Shown here: positions 40,660 to 53,089 of the stretch, in pieces
Position numbering within the stretch: position 1 is the first letter of the stretch
How the letters are laid out: each line of letters begins with the position of its first letter
Notes under the pieces: generated by a model
Database searches by the model: none
The model's input: the letters and a program-made list of their open reading frames with translations, nothing else
Told to the model about the DNA's origin: nothing
Made by a program: the position numbers and the translations under genes
From: Felis catus
Taxonomy: Eukaryota
NCBI RefSeq assembly: GCF_018350175.1
Contig: NC_058368.1
Location: 156,738,001 to 156,802,000, forward strand
Length of the DNA stretch: 64,000 bases
Reading direction: 5' to 3'

Positions 40660-40793
40660 TATTTAATAGTAGTTTAAATAAGATGAAGTGAATGTTATTG
40701 TAAGAGATACATACAAGGTGATATGGAAGCAGAGAGAAGAGAATATGCTATCATCTTGTATCTCAAAGATGTTTCAAGATATAAAGTGGTCAA

Positions 40794-41005
40794 GGGGTGC
40801 CTTGGTGACTCAGTCGGTTAAGCGTCCTACTTCAGCTCAGGTCATGATCTCAATGTTAGTGAGTTCGAGCCCCACATTGGGCTCTGTGCTGACAGCTCAG
40901 AGCCTGGAGCCTGCTTTGGATTCTGTCTCTCCCTCTGTCTCTGCCCCTCCCCTGCTTGAGCTCTGTCTCTCTCTCTCTCTCAAAAATAAATAATGATAAA
41001 AAAAA
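40794..41005 (+). mobile_element. CAN-SINE
   Basis: Full body; TSD aagatata(a/c)agtggtca. Confidence 0.96.
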
Positions 41006-41988
41006 AAGATATACAGTGGTCATATTTGAAGTAGTACGACCTGAGAGATATAGCAAGACCTGGAACTGTTATTCCTATTTTCCCAAACAGATCACTCATA
41101 AATAAATCCTAATTTATTTAGAATATTAATAGGAATTAAGGGCTGAGTTACTCATGAAAAAAAAAATGCTTCCTTGGGAAACAACTTCGTCTTTACAATC
41201 AGTGATCCAATCACATAATGACATTTACTTCATTCATGAGAGATAAAGTTAAAAAAAAAAAAGCTGAGAGATCTTAGGAATCATAAGAAATGGCATGTCT
41301 GCCTGTGTCAGATTATTAATAATTTATAACACTGCAGTTAAAAATAAGCTCTTGTTCTAAAAGAAATCCATTGGTGAACACATTTTGTTTAGGCATCCAA
41401 ATGTGTCTTTGTAAGTACAGATGTTCACATTGTGTTTCTCATGGTGGAGATAATATCTATCGCCTTACAAAAAAGTACAGATGAGAGTGCTTAATATTCG
41501 CCACCCAGGAAGAAGAAGAGACTATCGAGCTAGAAACAGAGAAGGGCAGCCAGCAGCACCGCGTATCTCCCGAGGATGGATGAAGGGTGTCCCACTTCCC
41601 TAAAGCTATGAGCTTTATACTCCAGTCTTCACATCAGTGTGAACCTCCAGGGCTTACAAACTAAAATATGTTTTCAATACTTGGGGGTGACAGTGAAAGG
41701 AATCTGGAAGTGAAAGCATAAGACTGCTGTCTGAGAATTAAATGTGAAAGTAAAAATACAGTAAGCCAGAGCATAGCTAAATGAAGGCAGCTTCACTAGT
41801 CAAAATGATGCAAATTCATGCCCAGAGGCATGCATAGTACTGAGTAAAGGTTTTCCAGCCTCATCTAAGGGAGACAGTCTCTGCTTGGCTTTAGAGGCCT
41901 GATCTGTTGTGGGAAAATCTCAGGAAGGCCAGACCTTCTTCAGGAGAGGCTACACCTCTGGATGCTGATGTGAATATTCCTGATTTTT

Positions 41989-42209
41989 TCAAATTTTTTT
42001 TTCAACGTTTTATTATTTATTTTTGGGACAGAGAGAGACAGAGCATGAACGGGGGAGGGGCAGAGAGAGAGGGAGACACAGAATCGGAAACAGGCTCCAG
42101 GCTCCGAGCCATCAGCCCAGAGCCGGACGCGGGGCTCGAACTCACGGACCGTGAGATCGTGACCTGGCTGAAGTCGGACGCTTAACCGACTGCGCCACCC
42201 AGGCGCCCC
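41989..42209 (-). mobile_element. Young SINEC_Fc-type CAN-SINE
   Basis: Near-consensus with CpGs intact; perfect 17-bp TSD gaatattcctgattttt at 41972-41988 and 42210-42226. Confidence 0.98.
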
Positions 42210-43129
42210 GAATATTCCTGATTTTTAAACCTTACCCTCTATACTGTATAAGAGACAAATAAAAGCTTTGGAAGGCCAGATGGACCCACTGGACAGGCAG
42301 CCTTGGACCCTCAGGCATGGCAATAAACTGACTGACCATACAACCTCTACTAATAGAAAAGCAGTCCAGACAAGAAAATAGGTATGAAGCAGTCTCCGAA
42401 GTAAGCAAAGACAATGGCTGTTCAGACACTGGGAGATGGTGCTCCGGGCTGGTGACCTGTCCCTTGCTGCTGTGGATCCGCCTCTCTAATTCTGTCAAAC
42501 CCGAATCCAAAAATAAACTGACCTTCTGATTCCTTGCTCACCAAGCTGCTTTCTGGTTAGAATTTGGTATCCCGTCTGCATGTCTTCATGCAGAAACTTG
42601 AGGGACTTGAGAGGCAGCTCAGGAGCTATGTCCTCATCACACATTAATAAATTGACAGCCCGGTCAGAGATGTGGCCCCTACAGGCACAAATAGGCTGGG
42701 TTGGAGTATGAGCCACCAGGCGCAGGACTTTCACTTCTCCTTGTAAATGGGAACATTGGCATTCTGATCCTGTACATTAGTCGTATGTGCGTCATTAATA
42801 TGAGCCCAGCCCTGGGGGACAGATGGGCTCTGGAAGTGCTGACGAGTGTGGTTTCTAGACCCACAAGGCTTTGGGCCAGACCATGGGTAGTGGCCAACTC
42901 CCTGACACAAGTCCACCTGCAAAGCCTCTTAGGACCTTAGGTAATTTATCTTGCAGCCACACATGCCTTCTGCCCCCATGGCATGTCTTTTAAAGGATCC
43001 TTACCTGGTTCTCAGGAGATCCAGAGGTGACCTAGAAGTGTGAAGAGAAGGATTAAGGATAAAACCCAATGAACACCAAGGGACAGAAAGTTCATGGAAA
43101 TCAAAATATATACTTGCAACCATTGGTGC

Positions 43130-43590
43130 TACGAAGCAGACATTGTGCTATGAGCTTGCCAGACACCATCCCATGAAATCCTGAGAAACTGAAGCAGGTG
43201 CTACTTTTGGCAATTATTCTATTTTACAAAGGAGGAAAGTGAGGCTTAATGAGATTAAGTAACAACCACACTTACACAGCTAACAGGTAGTGGATATGGG
43301 GTTAGAACCCGTACCTTCAAACACTACACTATGTGGTTTGTATACTTTACTACACATTTTAAAAAACACCAAACATGCATTTTGCACTAATATGCTAGGC
43401 ACTGCTCTAACTACTTTACCAATATTAGTTAACTTCTTCCTCATAATAAACTTATGGATTGTACACTAAACATCCCTATTCTGATAAGGAAAGTGAGGCA
43501 GAGAGAAGTTACGATCATACAGCTGGCAGGGGGCATAGCCAGGATTCAAACCCAGGCACTCTGGCTCCAGAGACCATGCTCTGTATCTGT
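43130..43590 (-). mobile_element. Two adjacent MIR SINEs
   Basis: ctattttacaaaggaggaaagtgaggcttaatgagattaagtaac and gataaggaaagtgaggcagagagaagtta...ggattcaaacccaggcactctggctccagag. Confidence 0.8.
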
Positions 43591-44086
43591 GCTACTCACT
43601 AGATTCCTCAGGAAGAACTGATGAAGATTCCAATTTTAAATATTCATTTTAGTGCGATTGTAAGTAGTTTTTCAGAAGGATGGATAGAAACACAGGGCAA
43701 AGACATCTCTTTGCAATTCTTCTGTATTTGAGAACTATGGAGCAAGTAAACCACAGCATATGACAGGCCAGGGTGCAAGAACTCCTAGGATATATATACA
43801 CAAAGAGGGTAACAAATTTAATTCTGCAGCTTTTTTTCTCTCACTACTATAGGAGGAATAAAATGACACTTTTTTATTTCTGCACTTATAAATCTTGCAA
43901 GGTAAAGATTGAAATACTTTTGAGAAATCTAAGATGAAGCAAATACTCCAGAGTTTAACTTAAGGGACATTTTGTCTTAGAAACCGAGCAAGTTTAGTAT
44001 CAGAATAAAAGTTCTTTGAGCATAAAGAAATTGATGTGGTTATCTCCTACTTTACTTTTTTTTTAACCTGATATTTATAATGTGTA

Positions 44087-44430
44087 TTTTTTTTTTGAGC
44101 AGCAGGCAAAAGTTTATTAGAGTATAAGATTAGAAAGGAAGAATATTGGGGCGTCTGGGTGGCTCGGTCGGTTAAGTGTCCGACTTCGGCTCAGGTCATG
44201 ATCTCACGGTCCGTGAATTCGAGCCCCGTGTCGGGCTCTGTGCTGACTGCTCAGAGCCTGGAGCCTGTTTCCGATTCTGTGTCTCCCTCTCTCTCTGCCC
44301 CTCCCCTGTTCATGCTCTGTCTCTCTCTGTCTCAAAAATAGACGTTAAAAAAAATTAAAAAAAAAAAAGAAAGGAAGAATATTAGGAAAGCTCTCTTTAC
44401 AGAGAGGGGGCATTCAAAAGTGAATGCCCC
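44087..44430 (-). mobile_element. Short polyadenylated retrocopy (LTR-like 3' end), interrupted by a SINE
   Basis: 16-bp TSD tataatgtgtattttt (44076-44091, 44431-44446); minus-strand poly(A) and AATAAA (plus tttatt 44113-44118). Confidence 0.75.
44148..44367 (+). mobile_element. CAN-SINE (fairly young), nested
   Basis: CpG-rich body; 16-bp TSD agaaaggaagaatatt at 44132-44147 and 44368-44383. Confidence 0.97.
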
Positions 44431-44789
44431 TATAATGTGTATTTTTGTTTAAAAAAAAAACCTACATATTCTGTAAAACAAAAAACTCAAAATACTATAG
44501 AAGAGTATTCTGCACAGTTTAAAAGCTCCCATCCCTGCTTCTCTGCTACCCAAAGCTGACTACTCCTAATTTTGTTATTTCTTCATTTTCTAAGAATGTA
44601 TGATCATATATAGGCACATGCTTTTTACAACCACAAAAAGGAATTTACTTCCCACATTATTCTCCAACATTCTTCTCTCTGAACATAGCTTCTCTTTTCA
44701 TGTCAAGATACACACATGTTTATACATATGTTTATTTGCTTATTTTACCATCGTCTGCTTATTCTTTTTATCATTATATTACCATTTTA

Positions 44790-45579
44790 ATAATTTTATT
44801 TATATTTAATTAAAGTATAGCCAAAATATAAAAATTGGTTTCAGGTGTACAACACAGTGATTTGCTAATTCTATACATTTAGTCAGTGCTTCCCATGATG
44901 AGTGTAATCACCATCTGCCACCACAATGCTATTACCATATTGTTGACTATATTCCCCACTCTATACTCACCATCCCCGAGACTTATTTATTTTATGACTG
45001 GAAGTCTGTACCTCTTAATCACTTTTGCTTATTTTGCCCATCCCCCACTCTCCCTTTTCTGGTAACCACCAGTTTATTGTCTGTATCTATGAGTCTGTTA
45101 TTATTGTGTGTTTGCTTATTTGTTTGTATTTGAGATCAACATATAAGTGAAATCACGTAGTGGTTGTCTTTCTCTGTCTGCCTTACTTCACTTAGTATAA
45201 TATCATCTAAGTCCATCCATGTTGTCACAAATGGTGAGATTTCAGTCTTTTTTATGGCTGGGTAATATTTCATTGTATATATGTATACCACCTCTTCTTT
45301 ATCCATTCATCTAACAATGGACACTTAGGTTGCTTCCATATCTTGGATATTGTAAATAATGCTGCAATAAACATAGGAGTGTATAAATCTTTTTGAATTA
45401 GTGTTTTTGTTTTCTTCAGGTAAATACCCAGAAGTAGAATCATTGTATCATATAATATTTCCATTTTTATCTTTCTAATTTATATACTATTTTTATAGTA
45501 GTTTCATCAATTTATATTCCCACCAACAGAGCATGAGGGCTCCCTTTTCTCCACATCCTCACCAATACTTATTATTTCT
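44790..45579 (-). mobile_element. Carnivore-type L1 3' end (ORF2 C-terminus plus 3' UTR), 5'-truncated
   Basis: ORF 45270-45464 translates to LLGIYLKKTKTLIQKDLYTPMFIAALFTISKIWKQPKCP, the L1 ORF2p C-terminal motif. Confidence 0.92.
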
Positions 45580-45799
45580 AGATACCGCTTACTTTAAACC
45601 AAACTTTCCATTCAACTTAAAATGGAACTTTCAGATCTATAAATTATAGACTTTTATTAAGAATAATACTTTGGAATTGATTTGGTAAAAATAACACCTT
45701 CTGACTCATACTGTAAATGTGAGGGGACTTTCTATTTAAATAATGAGAAAAGGCTTTCATTGCTTCCTATACCAACTAAACAGTCCAATTAAAATAAAA

Positions 45800-46004
45800 T
45801 TAACATTTATTTATTTTTTGAGAGACAGAGAGAGACAGCGTGAGCGGGAGAAGAGCAGAGAAAGAGGAAGTCACAGATTCCAAAGCAGCCTCCAGGCTCT
45901 GAGCTGTCAGCACAGAGTCCGATGCAGGCCTTGAACTCATGAACCGCGAGATCATGACCTGAACCAAAGTCAGACATTTAACTGACTAAGCCACCCAGGT
46001 GCTC
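45800..46004 (-). mobile_element. CAN-SINE
   Basis: Reverse SINE body ctccaggctctgagctgtcagcacagag...gccacccaggtgctc. Confidence 0.94.
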
Positions 46005-46820
46005 ATAAAAAATCCAATTTAGACCTTTGCAGCCAGGGTCTAAAAAAGCTAACTGCATCCTGAATTTGTAAAGTCTCTTTAAGTCCTGGATCTGTTTTGT
46101 TCCCCTGCAAATCTGTGCTGTTTGATTTAGTTCATAAACTCTTTCCAGGGACTACCATCTTGGAAGATAGAGCATGCTACTCAACCAACTCATAAACTGT
46201 CTCTGAACAAAAAGGAAAAAATAATACTTTCCTTCTTTCAGCCATCTATTCTCCCAACAACCCAACCTTCTTTGCTTACTACAATTTATATAATCTGGTA
46301 ATCAGAACATACCACACTGCCCTAACAATACCTCTGCCTAGGGTTATACCTTATAAAATTCTCAACACAGCCCAAACTCAAACTGGGCTTGTTTAAAATT
46401 ATATTTATCACTGCCACTCTACTCTATACTTCCTGCTCCTTTGCACCTTCCCTACCATAAACCTACTCCCTTTAGTGCCTCCTTCCTTATGTCCTTTGAA
46501 GACTGGGTTAAAAGTAAAACAAAACAAAAAGAACTTATTTCTTATTCTCAGCCTCTCCAAAGAGTAAAAAATTCTCAACTTGAGAAATCTCTTTAGGGCA
46601 AAGAATAATCCAGAGTTAAATTATAAAATCCTTCATTAAGAGATAAGACTCTAAGGCAGTGTCTCCTACAACTTTTTAGATACACAAAGGCTAAGAATCT
46701 TAAGAGTAGGCTTTATAATTTCTCTCCATTAAACAACTGGGCTTCTATATATCAAAAGGATGTTATCTCTAGGTATCTCATAGGGATCCTAAAGTAGAGA
46801 TCTGTGGACTCATAGGAGTC

Positions 46821-46954
46821 TTTGACAGAGACAGTGAGTGGGGGAGGGGAAGAAAGAGAGGGAGGGAGAGAATCCCAAGCATGAACCATGAGATCATGAT
46901 CTGAGCCCAAACCAAGACTTGGATGCTTAACCAACTAAGCCATCCAGGTGCCCC
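46821..46954 (-). mobile_element. CAN-SINE, internally deleted and tail-less
   Basis: gagaatcccaagca is joined directly to tgaaccatgagatcatga; head ccatccaggtgcccc. Confidence 0.85.
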
Positions 46955-47204
46955 AGAGCTGTTTTTTTCTTAGTGGAATAGTATCAAGGGTGACTCAGAA
47001 GTTAAAACCAAGAGCCTACAGGGTGAAACCAACAGCCAGAAAGGACAGTTCTCAGCAGTAGGACTACCCCCCTTTTGAAGAAACTGGCAGCATGAGCCTG
47101 CACGGATGGTCCAGTCATTGCTATGTGCTTTCCCTCTATTTTAAACGGGTGTGTATAGCAGTTTACCTATGTATGTCCTGTCATTGAAAGTTGGGTTTGT
47201 GGGG

Positions 47205-47468
47205 GGTAGGGTATGTGGGAGATCTTGGTTAAAAGGTACAGAGTTTCAGTTATACGAGATGAATAAATTCTGAGGATCTAATGTATAGCATGATGACTAC
47301 AGTTAATAGTAGGTTGTATACCTGAAATTTGCTAATATATCCTAAGTGTTCTCACCACACACACAAAATATTATTACTATGTGAGGTGATAGCAATGTTA
47401 ATTGGGCTGGTTGTGGTAATCATTTCACCATGTATGCCTATATCAAAGCACTATATTATACACCATGA

Positions 47469-47555
<87 letters not shown>

Positions 47556-47590
47556 ATTTGTCAATTACACCTCAATAAAACTTGGGAAAT
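47205..47590 (+). mobile_element. L1MA-type 3' UTR containing an (AC)21(AT)18 microsatellite (47471-47548)
   Basis: aaaggtacagagtttcagttata...gatctaatgtatagcatgatgactacagttaata...ttgtcaattacacctcaataaa. Confidence 0.88.
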
Positions 47591-47596
47591 AAATCT

Positions 47597-48081
47597 TTCC
47601 CATTCCACACGCTATTCGTGCAATGCAACTGACATTCCTCCCATCAAAAGATAATGGGAGGTTCCTTCTCTTTGAACAGAACTAGGACTATAGAAGATAT
47701 TATGCTATGTGACTTCTGAAGATAGGACATAAAATCTGGCTCACAGTCTGTCTAGTTCTCTGGAGGGCTTGCTGTTAGGATCCAGCCACCATATCGGAAG
47801 CCCAAGCAGCCCATGGAGAGGATCACATGGAGAAAAACTAGGCCATTGCCTGAGTTGAGCTCCTTGCTGATGGGCAGCACCAAATTTCTAGGTGTCTGAA
47901 TAAACCATCTTGTACATGGATCTTCTAGTCCTCAACTGGGTGTTGGTGCAGGGAGCAGAAACAATCTGATCTTGCCAAGCCTTGCCCAAATTGCATATTG
48001 ATGAACAATATAAACGACCAATGCTGTCTTAAGCCACTAAGTGTGGGATGGTGTGTTATGCAGCAATATATAACTGAAATA
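47597..48081 (+). mobile_element. MLT1 (G/H-like) LTR
   Basis: gaagcccaagcagcccatggagagg...ttgcccaaattgca...ttaagccactaagtgtgggatggtgtgttatgcagcaatatataactgaaata. Confidence 0.8.
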
Positions 48082-48839
48082 CCTTCTTACTGCTTTCCTT
48101 GCATGATGTCTTCTATTTCTCTTCATTCCCCATGAATTTTCTAGAAGATAAAGCTGATCAAGTTATGTCTGAGACTTTTGTTTTTGTTTTTGGGTTTTTT
48201 TGGCCATTAGGAGCTCTGCCACTAAACTATAATCACTCTAAGGTCATGAATGATTTCTTACCTTTATAATAGCATTAAACATTTACTGAATAAATCAATT
48301 ACCAAAATATTTTGTTCCTGTAACTTAAATAGGATTTAAAAAGGAGTCTTGACTCATAACATATAAATTTTGTGAAACCGAATTACCAAATTAACAATAC
48401 TGCTGATTCCCCTTTAATGAACATAAGGGGGAAAATTTAAAGAATTAATTCACTTTCAAATGTTGAAATAATTTCTACTTATAAATTGAGAGACATCCTT
48501 GATGAAAACATCCAATGACTAAGAAAATACAGTATGAGAAATTGACACATATTTCTTTATAAGCAAATGATAAACTGTTTTGCCTAAACCTTAATAATCT
48601 GATTTTGATAAATACATAATTCTGCTTTATCACATAAAAGTACCAAATTATGAGCAATCCTTAATATTCCAAGTATGATATTTCTTAATACCATTACTGG
48701 GAATTCCTAAATTTTCTGTTAACATAATATACCATATATTTTCTTCTGTATATTCTTTTATTCCTTCTGTAGTGCACAACCACTCCCAAATTTACTCTGT
48801 AACAAATTCTTGGTATTTGCATTTTTTTCTTTTTCTTTT

Positions 48840-49057
48840 TTTTTAATTTTTTAATGTTTTTATTTATTTTTGAGACATAGAGAGACAGAGTATGAGCAGG
48901 GGAGGGGCAGAGAGAGAGGGAGACACAGAATCCGAAGGAGGCTCCAGGCTCTGAGCTGTCAGCACAGAGCCCAATGAGGGGCTCGAATCCACGGATTGTG
49001 AGATCATGACCTGAGCCGAAGTCGGATGCCCAACCAACTGAGCCACCCAGGAGCCCC
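48840..49057 (-). mobile_element. CAN-SINE
   Basis: Full reverse SINE body with a T-rich TSD-like flank (tttctttttctttt). Confidence 0.95.
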
Positions 49058-50959
49058 GTTCGTTTCTTTTTCTTTTTGCTTCTTAGTGATTACTTCTTCC
49101 CAAGGAAGACTATTTTTTATTATTTATGTTAGATTTTAATAAAACCCACTTCTTCCAAGAAGTTTAAGGTGCTTGGCATACAGAGGATTTTTTTGTGTTT
49201 CGTTTGTTTGTTTTAATGAACACCCTCCAAACCTTGCAATAGCAAAGAAGAACAACAGTAAAGTTAGTAGGAAAAGATCACAGTTCAGGGGACAGAGCAG
49301 CAAGGTCAGAAATGAATAGAAGTTGGTTTACTTGTAGAGTAGTTGAGATCTCAGGGAACTGTGAAAATAATAGGTCAAAACCATGGTCAACTTTATAGCA
49401 TGACCCTTTGGAAAAGAAGGTGCCCCGATATTTCATTTTTAAAGTTAACTGCAGGATCCCTAGTTCCAGGCTGCCCTATTTCTGCCAGTCTCTTACATTT
49501 GTGTCAAGACAACTGATTAGAAATTAAGTAGTAGTCCCTGCTCTACATTATGCTGAATCTGGACAAAACTAAAGGTAGAAGCCATCTGAAGTCAATGACT
49601 TTCTCTATATTTAAACTCACTGAAGAAATTAATTGATATATGACTTGGGGACATGACAGTGAATTTGAAATAAAAGGAGGCACAGGGGACAGTGAAGAGA
49701 CTTTTGTGGGTTCCTCGTAACGAGACCTCCAAGAGGAAGGCTGGCATGCCACATCTGTGAAAGTGAGACCTCAGACACTTTTGAATAGGGACCAAGAGTT
49801 AGAACTAAGCTGATTTAAAGACAGTGAAGGAGTGTGGTATTTATCACACACTGATTGTGTGTGGGCAAAGACTCATGCAAAAGTGCCACATCTTCCACAG
49901 AACAAAATCAGAAAGGCATACCCAGTGTAACATCTGTGTCACACAAGACTGCTCACAATATTTCCCTTGTGGAGATTGTGACTTCTTAAGAGAAATTTTC
50001 AATAGGGAACAATGACAACAAAAGCAAAAAAGCAAAGTATTTCAACATCTTCTTAAAAGAGTATTAATGACCACATGAGAATTGGTGGGCAAAACACCAA
50101 AGAACGTTTTCATTCTCTGGCAGACAAAAATGAAATTCTTAATTGCGTGTTCAGTTTAATACAGTTATGCACTTGCACAAAAAAATCAACCTCTTACAAC
50201 CAATATAGCTTGTGGAATTGTGAAAATAATTAGGTCTGAACTATGGTCAATTTTATAGCACGACCCTTGGGAAAATGAAGGAAAAGGAAGACAGAATACA
50301 TGTTAATCCAGGGGTGGAGTGGAAAGCACAGAAAAGGGAAAAGCAAGGAGTTATCTTAAAATCTGCTTGAGAAAATGGGTCTGCTCAAAAGACTTTCCAT
50401 AAATGGAAGAAGCTTTAATTCTTGCAGTATGCTAAAGCACAAAAGCTTTTAGCGCCTTACAGAGCTACAGAAGATAAATGGAAGAACTTCAGGAAAAAAA
50501 CTAAATACCATGAAAGTCCTAAAATCTCTTTTCTTATAAAGTCTAAGATTTTAATTGTAAAGTCTTTTCATGAATGCTGAATGGGGCAGAGAAAGAATCA
50601 GCTGAATCTCCAAAATAACTCCCCAACCCATCAATGAATGTTAATATCATTCTAAAATATGTATTACATACAGTATTGTTCTAAATAGCTCCAGTGGGAG
50701 CCCCTGCAAGTGTAATTTTGTGTAATCCCATTATGTTTTTGCATTTTCATGGTGTTCAAATTCATTACGCATTATAATCGTTCAAACACACAGAGATGGT
50801 AGGGTTTAGGGTCTTCTACCATGATAGCAAATCATTATTTTTAATAGCTTCTACTCTGATTATAGTGATAATCAATGTTTATTTTTACATATTAGGAAAG
50901 TTCTAAAAAGTATACATTTAAAAAACTGTCTATAATACCAACTCTTACACATAACTAAT

Positions 50960-51780
50960 GCTAACATATTTACATCCTTAAGTACTTTTTGAGCATCTAC
51001 TTTGTGCCAGGTCCTTGTCTTAGAATGAAGACAAGAATTTCCATCCTTCCACATGAGAAGAGATAGAAAGTAAACCTATAAACAAATAAATAATATTGAA
51101 CAATACAAAGTAATAAGGGAAAAATAATATGGGAAAATAAATTAGGCTAATGTGATAGCGAGTAAATAAGAGGTAGGAAGAGGGAAGAGCTTAAGCTAGT
51201 GGGAGGGGTTGATCACTCTGACAAGGTAACTTTTGCAAGAAGAACCAATTGATGATCAGGAATCAAGTGTGGCAAGATCCAGGGGAAGATTGTTTTGGGA
51301 ACATGGACCAGCACGACCAAAGTCCCTGGCATAGAAATGATCTTGTGAGAGACAGAAGAAGGCCAGACTGTAGTGAAAGAAGGCAGAGTTGAGGTAGAGG
51401 ATGTTGGAGAATTGAGTGGGGCCATAATCATGTAAGGTCTTGGAAGCAATGAGAAGGAATGTGCACTTCATTTTGGTGATTTCCAACATGGGAGTCACAT
51501 AATCTGTTTTAGAAAGAACACTCCCACTGCTATGTGGAGGTAAGATCACAGGAGACAAAAGAATAAACATAGGCCCACCTGTCAGGAAGGTATTGCAGAA
51601 TCCAGGTGGCTTAGATGAAAGTGTGTTGAGATTCAGGATATATTATGGGTAAAGGGAATATAAATTGCTAATAGAATAGACAAAAGTGTGAAGAAAAGAA
51701 AGGGATCAAAGATTATTCTTAGGTTTCTGGCCTAAGCAATTAGAATAGTGGTTCTGTTTACTGAGCAGTGAAATTTCATA
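50960..51780 (-). mobile_element. L2 fragment
   Basis: ttgagcatctactttgtgccagg...caaagtccctggca...gaaggccagactg...taggtttctggcctaagcaattagaatag. Confidence 0.75.
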
Positions 51781-52296
51781 AATAAAGGTCCCTTTATCAC
51801 ACAGGAAGAATACATTGTTAATCTGGTCCCATTTCTGATTAGCCACTAAAAAGCTCAGAAACGCAATTAGCTTCAAGTTGTAGTAATTGGTATTTGAGAT
51901 TTCTGAGATATCTTTCATTATCCAACAAAATAATTTCTGATCCTCACTTCTTTGTTTATTTAGGGTCCTATTTTTGAGCTCAATCCTAGGTTTACTTTTT
52001 TTTAAAATAGTGTGATGCTATTTATTATAAATAAAAGTAAACATGTCCCTAACCAACAGCCAGATCCTGAGATTGAACAATATTTATACCCACTGGCTCC
52101 CTTTATTTCTTCTTTTGACTTGGGTCCTATGCATTTTTAAAATGTGCATGTGTGTATGTGTGTTCCTCCATTAATTTAAAAACATACATCTTTTTATATT
52201 AAGAATATTAACCCTTGGTCTGCATGCAATTTTTATTTGTCAGTTGCCTTTCCATTTTGATTTTGATTTGTTTTTTTTTATCCAAGAAATACTTTA

Positions 52297-52460
52297 GGGG
52301 TGCCTGGGGGGCTCAGTCTGTTGAGTGACCAACTCTTGATTTTGTCTCAGGTCATGATCCTAGGGTTGTGGGATCGAGACCTGGAGCCTGCTTGAGATTC
52401 TCTCTCTTCCTCTCCCTCTGCCCCTTCCTCCTTCCTGCACTCTCTCCCTCTCTCACTAAA
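52297..52460 (+). mobile_element. CAN-SINE (shortened)
   Basis: ggggtgcctggggggctcagtctgttgag head, ggagcctgcttgagattctctctc. Confidence 0.88.
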
Positions 52461-53089
52461 TTTTTTGTACTTTTGTACTATTTCATTTTGTACTATTGCC
52501 ATTTTTAACCTATTTGAGACTAAATCAATCATTCATGAAATGGGTTTCCATGGGCTTGGGTCTTAGGGACGTGATTCTCTGCTTTCATTGAGTAACTGCA
52601 TCATCCCTGGCACTTCTGCTTCTGAGTGTTCTCATAGGAGTTTCACTGTCACGTTACTCAACAAGTCATAGCACCTAGCACAAGTGATGTCATTCCATTG
52701 CCACATATCCCAGAAACAAAATCATCAAATAAATTCAAAACATCAAATCAACTCATTAGGGATGAAAGCAAAACAAAACCAAACAAGCAGTGAAAAATAG
52801 CAAAAACTAAAAGTGAATACATACAGACACAAACTAAGCTAATGGTTTATTAAATAGATCAAGTAGCCACATCGAGCAAACATTTACTCCAAATATTTCC
52901 ACCAAAAGCAACCAGGCATTCCTAAATAAATGAAGGGCTCTAGGTCTGAAGCAGGGAAAGGACAAGATAATTTGGGGCATTTTATGCCAGAAAACAACCA
53001 TGCACTCAATGATGAAAGGCCACACCATAAGAGAAGAGAGATTAGAGAAAGCTCTTCTTTGCCAAAGAATCTCAGCTAATTAACACAGA

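Noticed and set aside
42542..42678. Minus-strand exon candidate (tgcctgtag|GGGCCAC...CTTG|gtgagc)
   Set aside because: Weak polypyrimidine tract and an unrecognised peptide; not supportable without RNA data.
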